Source: Pseudomonas aeruginosa | Lineage (GTDB): Bacteria > Pseudomonadota > Gammaproteobacteria > Pseudomonadales > Pseudomonadaceae | Reading direction: 5' to 3' | DNA: 32,000 nt | Assembly (NCBI RefSeq): GCF_001457615.1 | Contig: NZ_LN831024.1 | Coordinates: forward strand, 6,120,001-6,152,000 | Shown here: piece by piece, positions 8,822-16,004 of the stretch | How positions within the stretch are numbered: the stretch's first letter is position 1 | Layout: each line of letters opens with the position of its first letter | The notes under the pieces: generated by a model | Databases searched by the model: none | What the model saw: only the letters and a program-made list of their open reading frames with translations | What the model was told of the DNA's origin: nothing | Position numbers and translations under genes: made by a program

Positions 8822-10783
8822 ATGCTCGACACCCTCCTCCCCGTCCTGCTCTTCGCCGCCCTGGCACTTGCCGTGCTCGGCGCCGCGAAGCGCTTCCTCA
8901 TGTGGCGCCGCGGCCGACCCGCCAAGGTCGACTGGATCGGCGGCCTCATGCAGATGCCGCGTCGCTACCTGGTGGACCTGCACCATGTGGTAGAGCGCGA
9001 CAGGTACATGTCCAGGACCCACGTCGCCACCGCCGGCGGCTTCGTCCTGGCGGCGCTGCTGGCGATCCTGGTACACGGTTTCGGGCTGCACGGCCGGATC
9101 CTCGGCTTCGCCCTGCTGGCGGCCACGGCGCTGATGTTCGTCGGCGCGCTGTTCGTCGCCCGCCGCCGCCTCGACCCACCGTCGCGGCTGTCGAAGGGCC
9201 CCTGGATGCGCCTGCCGAAGAGCCTGCTGGCGTTCGCCGCGAGCTTCTTCCTCGCCACCCTGCCGGTGGCCGGGATCCTGCCGGAAGGCTTCGGCGGCTG
9301 GTTCCTCGCCGGCCTCCTCGCCATTGGCGTGGCCTGGGGCGTGTCCGAGCTGTTCCTCGGCATGACCTGGGGCGGGCCGATGAAGCACGCCTTCGCCGGT
9401 GCCCTGCACCTGGCCTGGCACCGCCGCGCCGAACGCTTCGGCGGCGGCCGCTCCACCGGCCTCAAGGCGCTCGACCTGGCCGATCCGCAGGCGCCGCTGG
9501 GCGTGGAAAAGCCCAGCGACTTCACCTGGAACCAGTTGCTCGGGTTCGACGCCTGCGTGCAGTGCGGCAAGTGCGAGGCGATGTGCCCGGCGTTCGCCGC
9601 CGGCCAGCCGCTGAACCCGAAGAAGCTGATCCAGGACATGGTCATCGGCCTGGCCGGAGGCAACGACGCGAAGTTCGCCGGCAGCCCCTATCCAGGCAAA
9701 CCGCTGGGCGAGCACGGCGGCGGCCCGCACCAGCCGATCGTCGCGCTGGATGGCAAGGCCCTGGTCGACGCCGACACCCTGTGGTCCTGCACCACCTGCC
9801 GGGCCTGCGTCGAGGAGTGCCCGATGATGATCGAGCACGTCGACGCCATCGTCGACATGCGCCGCCACCTGACCCTGGAGAAAGGCGCCACGCCGAACAA
9901 GGGCGCCGAGGTGCTGGACAACCTGATCGCCACCGACAACCCCGGCGGCTTCGCCCCCGGCGGCCGGTTGAACTGGGCGGCCGACCTGAACCTGCCGCTG
10001 ATGAGCGAGAAGAAGAGCGCCGACGTGCTGTTCTGGGTCGGCGATGGCGCCTTCGACATGCGCAACCAGCGCACCCTGCGCGCCTTCGTGAAGATCCTCA
10101 AGGCAGCCGCGGTGGACTTCGCCGTGCTCGGCCTGGAGGAGCGCGACAGCGGCGACGTGGCGCGCCGGCTGGGCGACGAGGCGACCTTCCAGAACCTGGC
10201 CAGGCGCAATATCGCGACCCTGGCGAAATACCGCTTCACCCGCATCGTCAGCTGCGACCCGCACAGCTTCCATGTGCTGAAGAACGAATACGGCGCCCTC
10301 GGCGGCGACTACCAGGTACTGCACCACAGCACCTTCATCGACGAACTGCTGCGCGCCGGCACGCTGCAACCGGGCCGCAGCAAGGCCGGCAGCGTCACCT
10401 ACCACGACCCCTGCTACCTGGGCCGCTACAACGGCGAGTACGAGGCGCCGCGCAACGTGCTGCGCGCACTCGGCATCGAGGTCAAGGAAATGCAACGCTC
10501 CGGCTTCCGCTCGCGCTGTTGCGGCGGCGGTGGCGGCGCGCCGATCACCGACATCCCCGGCAAGCAACGGATTCCCGACATGCGCATGGCCGACATCCGC
10601 GAGACCGGCGCCGAGCTGGTGGCCGTCGGCTGCCCGCAGTGCACCGCGATGCTCGAAGGCGTAGTGGCGCCGCGGCCGGAGATCAAGGACATCGCCGAGC
10701 TGGTAGCGGAAGCGCTGATAGAACAGGCGGAAGCGCCGGCAAAAAAGCCGTTGCGGCGTGAAGCCGTGGCGGAGGTGCATTGA
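8822..10783 (+). CDS. dgcB: Dimethylglycine demethylation protein DgcB: N-terminal polytopic membrane domain + 2x[4Fe-4S] ferredoxin + HdrD-like CCG domains, 653 aa
   Basis: About five hydrophobic helices occupy the first ~200 aa. Ferredoxin motifs are CVQCGKCEAMCP and CTTCRACVEECP. The C-terminal CCG domain is intact (PCYLGRY...CCGGGGG...CPQC). GGGAGA precedes the ATG. Confidence 0.9.
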   Translation: MLDTLLPVLLFAALALAVLGAAKRFLMWRRGRPAKVDWIGGLMQMPRRYLVDLHHVVERDRYMSRTHVATAGGFVLAALLAILVHGFGLHGRILGFALLAATALMFVGALFVARRRLDPPSRLSKGPWMRLPKSLLAFAASFFLATLPVAGILPEGFGGWFLAGLLAIGVAWGVSELFLGMTWGGPMKHAFAGALHLAWHRRAERFGGGRSTGLKALDLADPQAPLGVEKPSDFTWNQLLGFDACVQCGKCEAMCPAFAAGQPLNPKKLIQDMVIGLAGGNDAKFAGSPYPGKPLGEHGGGPHQPIVALDGKALVDADTLWSCTTCRACVEECPMMIEHVDAIVDMRRHLTLEKGATPNKGAEVLDNLIATDNPGGFAPGGRLNWAADLNLPLMSEKKSADVLFWVGDGAFDMRNQRTLRAFVKILKAAAVDFAVLGLEERDSGDVARRLGDEATFQNLARRNIATLAKYRFTRIVSCDPHSFHVLKNEYGALGGDYQVLHHSTFIDELLRAGTLQPGRSKAGSVTYHDPCYLGRYNGEYEAPRNVLRALGIEVKEMQRSGFRSRCCGGGGGAPITDIPGKQRIPDMRMADIRETGAELVAVGCPQCTAMLEGVVAPRPEIKDIAELVAEALIEQAEAPAKKPLRREAVAEVH

Positions 10784-10836
10784 TGAGAGTGTCGAGCTTC
10801 ACATCGAACCCGCTGCTAACCGGGGCAGCACGGATA

Positions 10837-10865
10837 GCGGCCTCTCCCTCCAGGGAGGGGGCCGC
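10837..10865. repeat. CT/GA intercistronic hairpin (family copy 4)
   Basis: GCGGCCTCTCCC-tcca-GGGAGGGGGCCGC: about 12 pairs with one G-U pair and one bulged G. It lies between dgcB and the ETF alpha-like gene. Confidence 0.6.
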
Positions 10866-10901
10866 AGGATCGGGTAGCCGCAGCCACAGGAAGCATTCCG
10901 C

Positions 10902-12134
10902 ATGAACGATATCGTCCGTCGCGATCCACGCGCCGAATGGATCGCCCGCAACCGCCTGCATCCGCTGCATGCGGCCATGCAGTCCGCCCAAGGCGGCGAG
11001 GTGCGCTGGATGGGCCCCCACGGCGTGATCCGCAAGAACCCGCACGCCGTCGGCTTCCTCGGCCCCAACGGCATCCGCCGCATCGATCGCTCCGGCGGCC
11101 AGCAGGGCAGCGGCGCGCGCCGCGCCAGCGTAGCGCAGGAAGCGCAGTTGCCGCTGCATGTGGTCGAGCAACCGGCATTCCTCGTCGCGGTGGTCCCGGA
11201 CATGGTCGGCGGCCGTCTCTCCAGCCACGACAAGGACCTCCTCGGACTGGCCCGCAAGCTCGCCGGCAACGACGGCGCGGTGCTCGCCGTGGTGTTCGGC
11301 GAACACAAGGAAAGCGCCTTCGACAGCGCCGGCGTCGACCGCCTGCTGCACCTCGCCGGCGGCGAGTACGACGGCTACGCGCCCGAGCAGCGAATACTCG
11401 CCCTGCGCAACCTGGAGAACCAGCTCGCCCCGCGCCACTGGCTGTTCCCGGACAGTCGCAACGGCGGCGGCGAACTGGGCCGGCGCCTGGCCGCCGCGCT
11501 CGGCGAGCGGCCGGCCGGTCGCGTCTGGCAGGTCGAGGACGGCCGCTGCATCGGCCGCGCCGGCGCCGGCCGCGAGGACATCCAGCGCGCCCTGCCGCGC
11601 CTGCTGCTGGCCGCGGCGGAATGCGCCGAGCCGGTCAGCGAGACCCGCCATGAGGTTCGCGAACTGCACATGGCCGAGCAGGTGGCGCGCAACCTGCCAC
11701 GCATCGAGGACCTCGGCCCGGTGGCCGTGGACCCGGCGCGGATTCCCATGGCCGAGGCCGAATTCATTCTCTCCGGCGGCAACGGCGTGCAGGACTGGAC
11801 GCTGTTCCACCAGGCCGCCGCCGTCCTCGGCGCCACCGAGGGCGCCTCGCGGGTGGCGGTGGACGACGGGCACATGCCGCGCAACCGCCAGGTCGGCGCC
11901 ACCGGTACCTGGGTCACCGCGCGGGTCTACCTGGCGGTGGGCATCTCCGGGGCGATCCAGCACCTGCAGGGCATAGGCGCCTGCGACAAGGTGGTGGCGG
12001 TGAACCGCGACGCCGGCTGCGACATGATCAAGCGCGCCGATCTCTCGGTGATCGGCGACTCGACGGAAATCCTCCGCGCGCTGATCCGCCTGGCCGAGGC
12101 ACACCGCAACGGCGCCGCCCGCGATGCGGCCTGA
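10902..12134 (+). CDS. Electron transfer flavoprotein alpha-subunit-like protein with ~95-aa N-terminal extension, 410 aa
   Basis: The C-terminal FAD-binding region is typical of EtfA (RVAVDDGHMPRNRQVGATGTWVTARVYLAVGISGAIQHLQGIGACDKVVAVNRD). AGGAAG lies 8 nt before the ATG, and GC3 is high throughout the extension. Confidence 0.85.
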   Translation: MNDIVRRDPRAEWIARNRLHPLHAAMQSAQGGEVRWMGPHGVIRKNPHAVGFLGPNGIRRIDRSGGQQGSGARRASVAQEAQLPLHVVEQPAFLVAVVPDMVGGRLSSHDKDLLGLARKLAGNDGAVLAVVFGEHKESAFDSAGVDRLLHLAGGEYDGYAPEQRILALRNLENQLAPRHWLFPDSRNGGGELGRRLAAALGERPAGRVWQVEDGRCIGRAGAGREDIQRALPRLLLAAAECAEPVSETRHEVRELHMAEQVARNLPRIEDLGPVAVDPARIPMAEAEFILSGGNGVQDWTLFHQAAAVLGATEGASRVAVDDGHMPRNRQVGATGTWVTARVYLAVGISGAIQHLQGIGACDKVVAVNRDAGCDMIKRADLSVIGDSTEILRALIRLAEAHRNGAARDAA

Positions 12135-12169
12135 ACCCGCTTCCACGTACCTTTCATCGGTATCGAACC

Positions 12170-12943
12170 ATGACTGAGCTGAACATCGTCGCGCTGGTCT
12201 CCATCGGCGCCCATCCCGCCTCCGGACGCCCGCGCCGTGCCGAACAGGACGCCCGCGCGGTGGAACTCGGCCTGCGCCTGAGCGGCCCACGCCTACAGGT
12301 GCTGCACGCCGGCGACCCGCACGCCGAGGCGCTGCGCGGCTATCTCGGCATGGGCCTGGAACGCTTGTCCGTGCTGGAACAGCCGGCCGGCGCCGACGCC
12401 CTGCCCGCACTGGCCGAGCACCTGCGCGACTCCCGCGCGCAACTGGTGCTCACCGGCAGCCAGGCGGAAACCGGGGAAGGCTCCGGGATGCTGCCCTTCC
12501 TCCTCGCCGAGCGCCTGGGCTGGCCACTGGTGGTCGGCCTGGCCGAGGTCGAGAAGGTCGAAGACGGCAGCGCTCAGGTCCTCCAGGCTCTGCCTCGCGG
12601 CCAGCGACGCCGACTGCGGGTACGCCTGCCGTTCGTCGCCAGCGTCGACAATGCCGCGCCGGTGGCCCGGCAGAGCGCCTTCGGCCCGGCTAGGCGTGGC
12701 GAGATCGAGGCCCATGAGGTGGAGGTGGTCGACGACCCGCTGCTCGCCGAAGACAGCCTGCAACCGGCCCGGCCGCGACCGAAGCGGCTCAAGGTAATCA
12801 AGGCGAAGACCGGCGCCGAGCGAATGAAAGCCGCCACCGCCAAGGCCTCCGGCGGTACCGGGCAGGTACTCAAGGATCTTTCGGCGGAAGCCGGCGCCGA
12901 AGCCATCTTCAAGCTCCTGCGCGAGGAAGGCGTGATCCGCTGA
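12170..12943 (+). CDS. Electron transfer flavoprotein beta-subunit-like protein, 257 aa
   Basis: Sequence is MTELNIVALVSIGAHPASGRPRRAEQDARAVELGLRL, with an EtfB-like layout and a C-terminal arm (KVIKAKTGAERMKAATAKASG). It follows the alpha-like gene after 35 nt. Confidence 0.82.
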   Translation: MTELNIVALVSIGAHPASGRPRRAEQDARAVELGLRLSGPRLQVLHAGDPHAEALRGYLGMGLERLSVLEQPAGADALPALAEHLRDSRAQLVLTGSQAETGEGSGMLPFLLAERLGWPLVVGLAEVEKVEDGSAQVLQALPRGQRRRLRVRLPFVASVDNAAPVARQSAFGPARRGEIEAHEVEVVDDPLLAEDSLQPARPRPKRLKVIKAKTGAERMKAATAKASGGTGQVLKDLSAEAGAEAIFKLLREEGVIR

Positions 12944-12991
12944 AGCGGGTCAGAACGCACTGTGCGCCAGATCACAAGTTATGACGTGGTG

Positions 12992-13022
12992 ACGATAAAT
13001 TATTGTATTACGATAATTTATT
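12992..13022. promoter_or_regulatory. AT-rich promoter/operator candidate with two 13-nt direct repeats
   Basis: ACGATAAATTATT (12992-13004) and ACGATAATTTATT (13010-13022) are spaced 18 bp start to start. Each contains a near-palindromic ATAAATTAT / ATAATTTAT core. They lie 46-76 nt upstream of the DUF2975-HTH gene pair in an otherwise GC-rich genome. Confidence 0.4.
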
Positions 13023-13067
13023 CCCTAGTTTCGCCATCCAGACGCGAAACACACAGGGGAACCCGGC

Positions 13068-13637
13068 ATGGCGCTGTCCACGCATCTCAGCAACCACAAG
13101 CTCTATCTGCTCGGCATGCTCTGCGCCATCCTGGCCTGGGGCATGGCCTGCATCGAACTCGGAGCGAACACCCACCTCTGGTTCTCCGGCCTCAGCGAGC
13201 AGGGCTACCTGCAGGCCTGGAGCGATGAAATGCCGCGCCTGGCCAGCGACGGCTTCGTCCTGTCCTGGAGCAGCCGGGCGCTGCTGATGCTGCTGGACTA
13301 CCTGCCGACCCTGCTTTCCGCGTTCGGCCTGGCGCTCACCGGCCTGTTCTTCCGCCGCCTGGCCAAGGGCGAACGCTGGTCGCAGCGCAACGCCAGGACC
13401 CTGGTGCACATCGGCCTGCTGTCCTTCCTGGCACTCTTGCTCCAGCCATTTATCAATACGCTGCAAGGTCTTGTACTATCTCTCGACCTGCCCGACGGCG
13501 AGCGTGTCCTGAGCGTTTCGATAGGACTCACTTCCGAAGCGGCCTACGAGTTTCTCAAGGCGATCTTTCTCTGCTCGTTCGGCCTGATGATGAGCGAAGC
13601 CAGGAAACTGGACGAAGAAGTAAGAGCCTTCATATGA
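13068..13637 (+). CDS. DUF2975-like polytopic membrane protein, 189 aa
   Basis: About four hydrophobic helices are present. The gene sits immediately upstream of a YozG-type HTH gene, a widely conserved DUF2975-HTH pairing. AGGGGA lies 7 nt before the ATG. Confidence 0.72.
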   Translation: MALSTHLSNHKLYLLGMLCAILAWGMACIELGANTHLWFSGLSEQGYLQAWSDEMPRLASDGFVLSWSSRALLMLLDYLPTLLSAFGLALTGLFFRRLAKGERWSQRNARTLVHIGLLSFLALLLQPFINTLQGLVLSLDLPDGERVLSVSIGLTSEAAYEFLKAIFLCSFGLMMSEARKLDEEVRAFI

Positions 13638-13644
13638 CGACCTC

Positions 13645-13851
13645 ATGATCATCATCCGACTAGACGTCATCCTGGCGAAGAACAAGGTCCGCTCCAAGGA
13701 GCTGGCGGAAGCCATCGGTATCACCGAACAGAACCTGTCCCTGCTGAAGAACGGCAAGGTCAAGGGCATCCGCCTCGACACCCTGGAGAAGATCTGCGCC
13801 TTCCTGGACTGCCAGCCGGGCGACATCCTGGAATACGTCGCGGACGACTGA
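13645..13851 (+). CDS. Small XRE/Cro-type HTH transcriptional regulator (YozG family, COG3655), 68 aa
   Basis: MIIIRLDVILAKNKVRSKELAEAIGITEQNLSLLKNGKVKGIRLDTLEKICAFLDCQPGDILEYV is an almost textbook YozG-family sequence. Confidence 0.88.
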   Translation: MIIIRLDVILAKNKVRSKELAEAIGITEQNLSLLKNGKVKGIRLDTLEKICAFLDCQPGDILEYVADD

Positions 13852-13882
13852 TCCCCGCTCCACCCTTTCCCAACCAGAAACC

Positions 13883-14287
13883 ATGAACAGACACCTGAAC
13901 CTCTCGGGCGTTGCGCTCGCGCTCGCCCTGATCTCGGGCTGCGGCCCCTCCGTCCGCTACCAGTACGTGATGCCGCCGAGCGAAGCGGGACGCACCTGCG
14001 TCGCCCAGTGCCGCACGCAACAGAGCCAGTGCGAAAGCCTCGCGCGCCTGGAATGGCAGAACGAAAACCGCCTGCGCGAAGCGGAACGGCGCAGCTACCA
14101 CTATTGCAGCCAGGGCAAGAGCAAGAAGCAGGCGCGCAAGGAATGCCTGGCACCAGGCTATTCCTCCTCGTTCGGCTACAACGGCTTCGGCGGCTCCGGC
14201 AACTTCAACTGCAGTTCCGACTACGACCGCTGCTTCACCGACATCTGCGGCGGCACCATCCGCCGCATCGTCGAGCAACTTCAATGA
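13883..14287 (+). CDS. Cysteine-rich putative lipoprotein, 134 aa
   Basis: Signal peptide with lipobox (ALALISGC). Ten further Cys residues. No recognisable domain and a weak SD. Confidence 0.65.
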   Translation: MNRHLNLSGVALALALISGCGPSVRYQYVMPPSEAGRTCVAQCRTQQSQCESLARLEWQNENRLREAERRSYHYCSQGKSKKQARKECLAPGYSSSFGYNGFGGSGNFNCSSDYDRCFTDICGGTIRRIVEQLQ

Positions 14288-14300
14288 TCGGAGTATCCCC

Positions 14301-14534
14301 ATGAGCCGACGCCTCTTCCCTCTCCTGCCGTTCCTGTTCCTGGTCGGCTGCGCCCAGGGCTATCCCTCCTTCTCCGGCATCCTTCCGGACGTCCGCGTCA
14401 GCGGCGACGAACGCAGCTACGCCGAGCGCGCCGAAGACTGCCTGAAACGGCGCAACTGCCCGCCGGCCACCGATCGCGATCCCTTCGTCGCCGACCCCGG
14501 GCACTACTCGCTGGGCGGCAGCTTTCACTGGTGA
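14301..14534 (+). CDS. Small putative lipoprotein, 77 aa
   Basis: MSRRLFPLLPFLFLVGCAQG carries a lipobox (LVGC). GGAG lies 7 nt before the ATG. Confidence 0.62.
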   Translation: MSRRLFPLLPFLFLVGCAQGYPSFSGILPDVRVSGDERSYAERAEDCLKRRNCPPATDRDPFVADPGHYSLGGSFHW

Positions 14535-14542
14535 AGCCGGGT

Positions 14543-14594
14543 GCCGAAGCCTGGCAACCGACCACGGACCTGGCTTCGGCAGGCGCTTTTCTTT
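14543..14594 (+). terminator. Hairpin plus T-rich tract between the lipoprotein genes and the coiled-coil/ZapA-like pair (possible terminator or attenuator)
   Basis: GCCGAAGCC (14543-14551) pairs with GGCTTCGGC (14572-14580) around a 20-nt loop. It is followed after 6 nt by TTTTCTTT (14587-14594). The T-run is not adjacent to the stem, so this is non-canonical. Confidence 0.3.
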
Positions 14595-14629
14595 ATCCTG
14601 CGCGCCCTTTGAACGACTGGGACGAGATC

Positions 14630-14863
14630 ATGCTGGAGAACACCCTGGAACGCCTGGAAACCCTGGTAGCCGAGCTGCTGCAACAGAACCAGGCCCTGCG
14701 CGACAGCCACGACCAGCTTCAGCAGCAGCTGTGCCAGGCCACCGAGGAAAACGAAACCCTGCAACTCTCCATGCTCGAGCAGGAAGAAAAGCAGAGCGGC
14801 ACCCAGGCCCGCCTGGAAGCCCTGGTCGAGCGCCTCAGCGCGCAGCAACCGGTTAGCGCATGA
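14630..14863 (+). CDS. Coiled-coil protein, TIGR02449/ZapB-like, 77 aa
   Basis: The internal ATG at 14630 gives MLENTLERLETLVAELLQQNQALRDSHDQLQQQLCQATEENETLQLSMLEQEEKQSGTQARLEALVERL, with heptad character throughout. The stop overlaps the next start (ATGA). This is the same gene order as the coiled-coil gene preceding zapA in pseudomonads. The track ORF start at 14531 overlaps the previous gene's end and is less likely. Confidence 0.6.
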   Translation: MLENTLERLETLVAELLQQNQALRDSHDQLQQQLCQATEENETLQLSMLEQEEKQSGTQARLEALVERLSAQQPVSA

Positions 14864-15150
14864 GCCGCGACGGCGTCCAGGTCCTGTCGATCCTCGGCCG
14901 GGACTATTCGATCCGCGTGCCGGCCGGCGAGGAGAGGGCCCTAGCGGACGCCGCCGCGTTGCTGCAAGCGGAAGTGGACGCCAACAAGCGCAAGTTTCCC
15001 TACGTCACCAGCAACGAGCTGGTGGTGCTCTCCGCGCTCAATCTCTGCGCCCGCCAGCTCGGCGCGAACGACGGCGAGTCGCCGCGCCTGCGAGCGGTGG
15101 AGCAGCGCCTGGAAGCGCTGGTCGAGCGGATCGCCGGGGCATCCGGCTAG
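14860..15150 (+). CDS. ZapA-family (cell division Z-ring associated) protein paralogue, 96 aa
   Basis: VQVLSILGRDYSIRVPAGEERALADAAALLQAEVDANKRKFPYVTSNELVVLSALNLCARQL fits the ZapA pattern (I-G-x-Y-x-I, E-x-x-L-x-x-AA-x-x-L, ALN). The gene is translationally coupled to the coiled-coil gene. Confidence 0.7.
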   Translation: MSRDGVQVLSILGRDYSIRVPAGEERALADAAALLQAEVDANKRKFPYVTSNELVVLSALNLCARQLGANDGESPRLRAVEQRLEALVERIAGASG

Positions 15151-15323
15151 TCGCGCGCCTGCGGACTCGCCCAATACAGCTGCCGATGCCCGCGCGCCTG
15201 GTAGTCCTTGACCAGCGCGCAGGCCTCGTCGCGCGTCAGGTCGCGGCGCATGACGAAGGCATTGCCGTTGTCGTCCTGGCGCCACAGGCACCAGCGCGTT
15301 TCCTCCGCCGGCTTCGCCGCCAC
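15147..15323 (-). CDS. Small hypothetical protein, 58 aa, GTG start (below the ORF-track size cutoff)
   Basis: The reverse strand reads GTG GCG GCG AAG ..., giving VAAKPAEETRWCLWRQDDNGNAFVMRRDLTRDEACALVKDYQARGHRQLYWASPQARD*. Nearly all codons end in G/C. GAAGG lies 8 nt upstream, and the start is 4 nt after the HdeD-like stop. The family is not recognised. Confidence 0.5.
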   Translation of the reverse strand: MAAKPAEETRWCLWRQDDNGNAFVMRRDLTRDEACALVKDYQARGHRQLYWASPQARD

Positions 15324-15327
15324 CGCG

Positions 15328-15888
15328 TCAGGCCTTCAGGGTCGAAGTCTTGCGCAAGCGCAGCGCGAGCATGACCAGCAACACGCCGAAGAACACCGCG
15401 TAGGCGCCGATCACCCAGACCACCGCCAGCGCCCCGGCGCCGGGGTTGGCGATCATCAGCACGCCGAACAGCACCGAGATGGCACCAGAGAGGATCATCC
15501 ACCATTCGTTCTGGATCGACTTGCGCAGGCGGATCGCCGCGACGATCTGGAAGATGCCCATCGCCAGCGCCCAGCCGGCGATGATCAGGAGTAGGCCGAT
15601 GGCGGTCAGTTGCGGCCAGAAGAACGCAACCAGGCCGGCCGCCACGCCGATCACCCCGGCCAGCGCCAGCGGCCAGTTGAACTGCCCATCGCTGCGCATG
15701 TTGAACGCGGCGATCAGGGCGAACGCTCCGTCCACCAGCGCGTAGGCGCCCCAGAACAGCACCAGCACGGTCAGCGCCAGGGCCGGCGAGAGCAGGGTCA
15801 GGACGCCGAACACCAGCGCCGCCACGCCGCGCAGGGCCACCAGTTTCCAGTGCTTGCCCAGTTCGGCCCACAGGGGATTGTTTTCCAC
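15328..15888 (-). CDS. HdeD/DUF308-family membrane protein, 186 aa
   Basis: Six hydrophobic helices with the repeated DUF308 pattern (GVLTLLSPALALTVLVLFWGAYALVDGAFALIAAF...). GTG start at 15888 is preceded by GGAGG at 5 nt. Confidence 0.85.
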   Translation of the reverse strand: MENNPLWAELGKHWKLVALRGVAALVFGVLTLLSPALALTVLVLFWGAYALVDGAFALIAAFNMRSDGQFNWPLALAGVIGVAAGLVAFFWPQLTAIGLLLIIAGWALAMGIFQIVAAIRLRKSIQNEWWMILSGAISVLFGVLMIANPGAGALAVVWVIGAYAVFFGVLLVMLALRLRKTSTLKA

Positions 15889-16004
15889 GCTTGCCTCCAG
15901 AGGCCGCCCTTGAGCGGCCCGTTCAGGTTGAGTCCTCCCACCTTAGTCCTTTTGCCGGGAGGCTGTCAGGGGGCGGAGGCGGGAGGCAAGGCGTGCGCGC
16001 GGGC

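Noticed and set aside
12955-12967. GCGCA-ctg-TGCGC hairpin after the ETF beta-like gene, and GC hairpins after the DUF1348 gene (about 4793-4812), as intrinsic terminators.
   Set aside because: The stems are 5-6 bp with no following T-run. That is too weak to call.
15881-15889. TTTTCCACG DnaA-box-like 9-mer at the HdeD-like start, and TTATCCATG at 17705-17713.
   Set aside because: These are isolated single matches with 2 mismatches, one of them inside coding sequence. That is consistent with chance.
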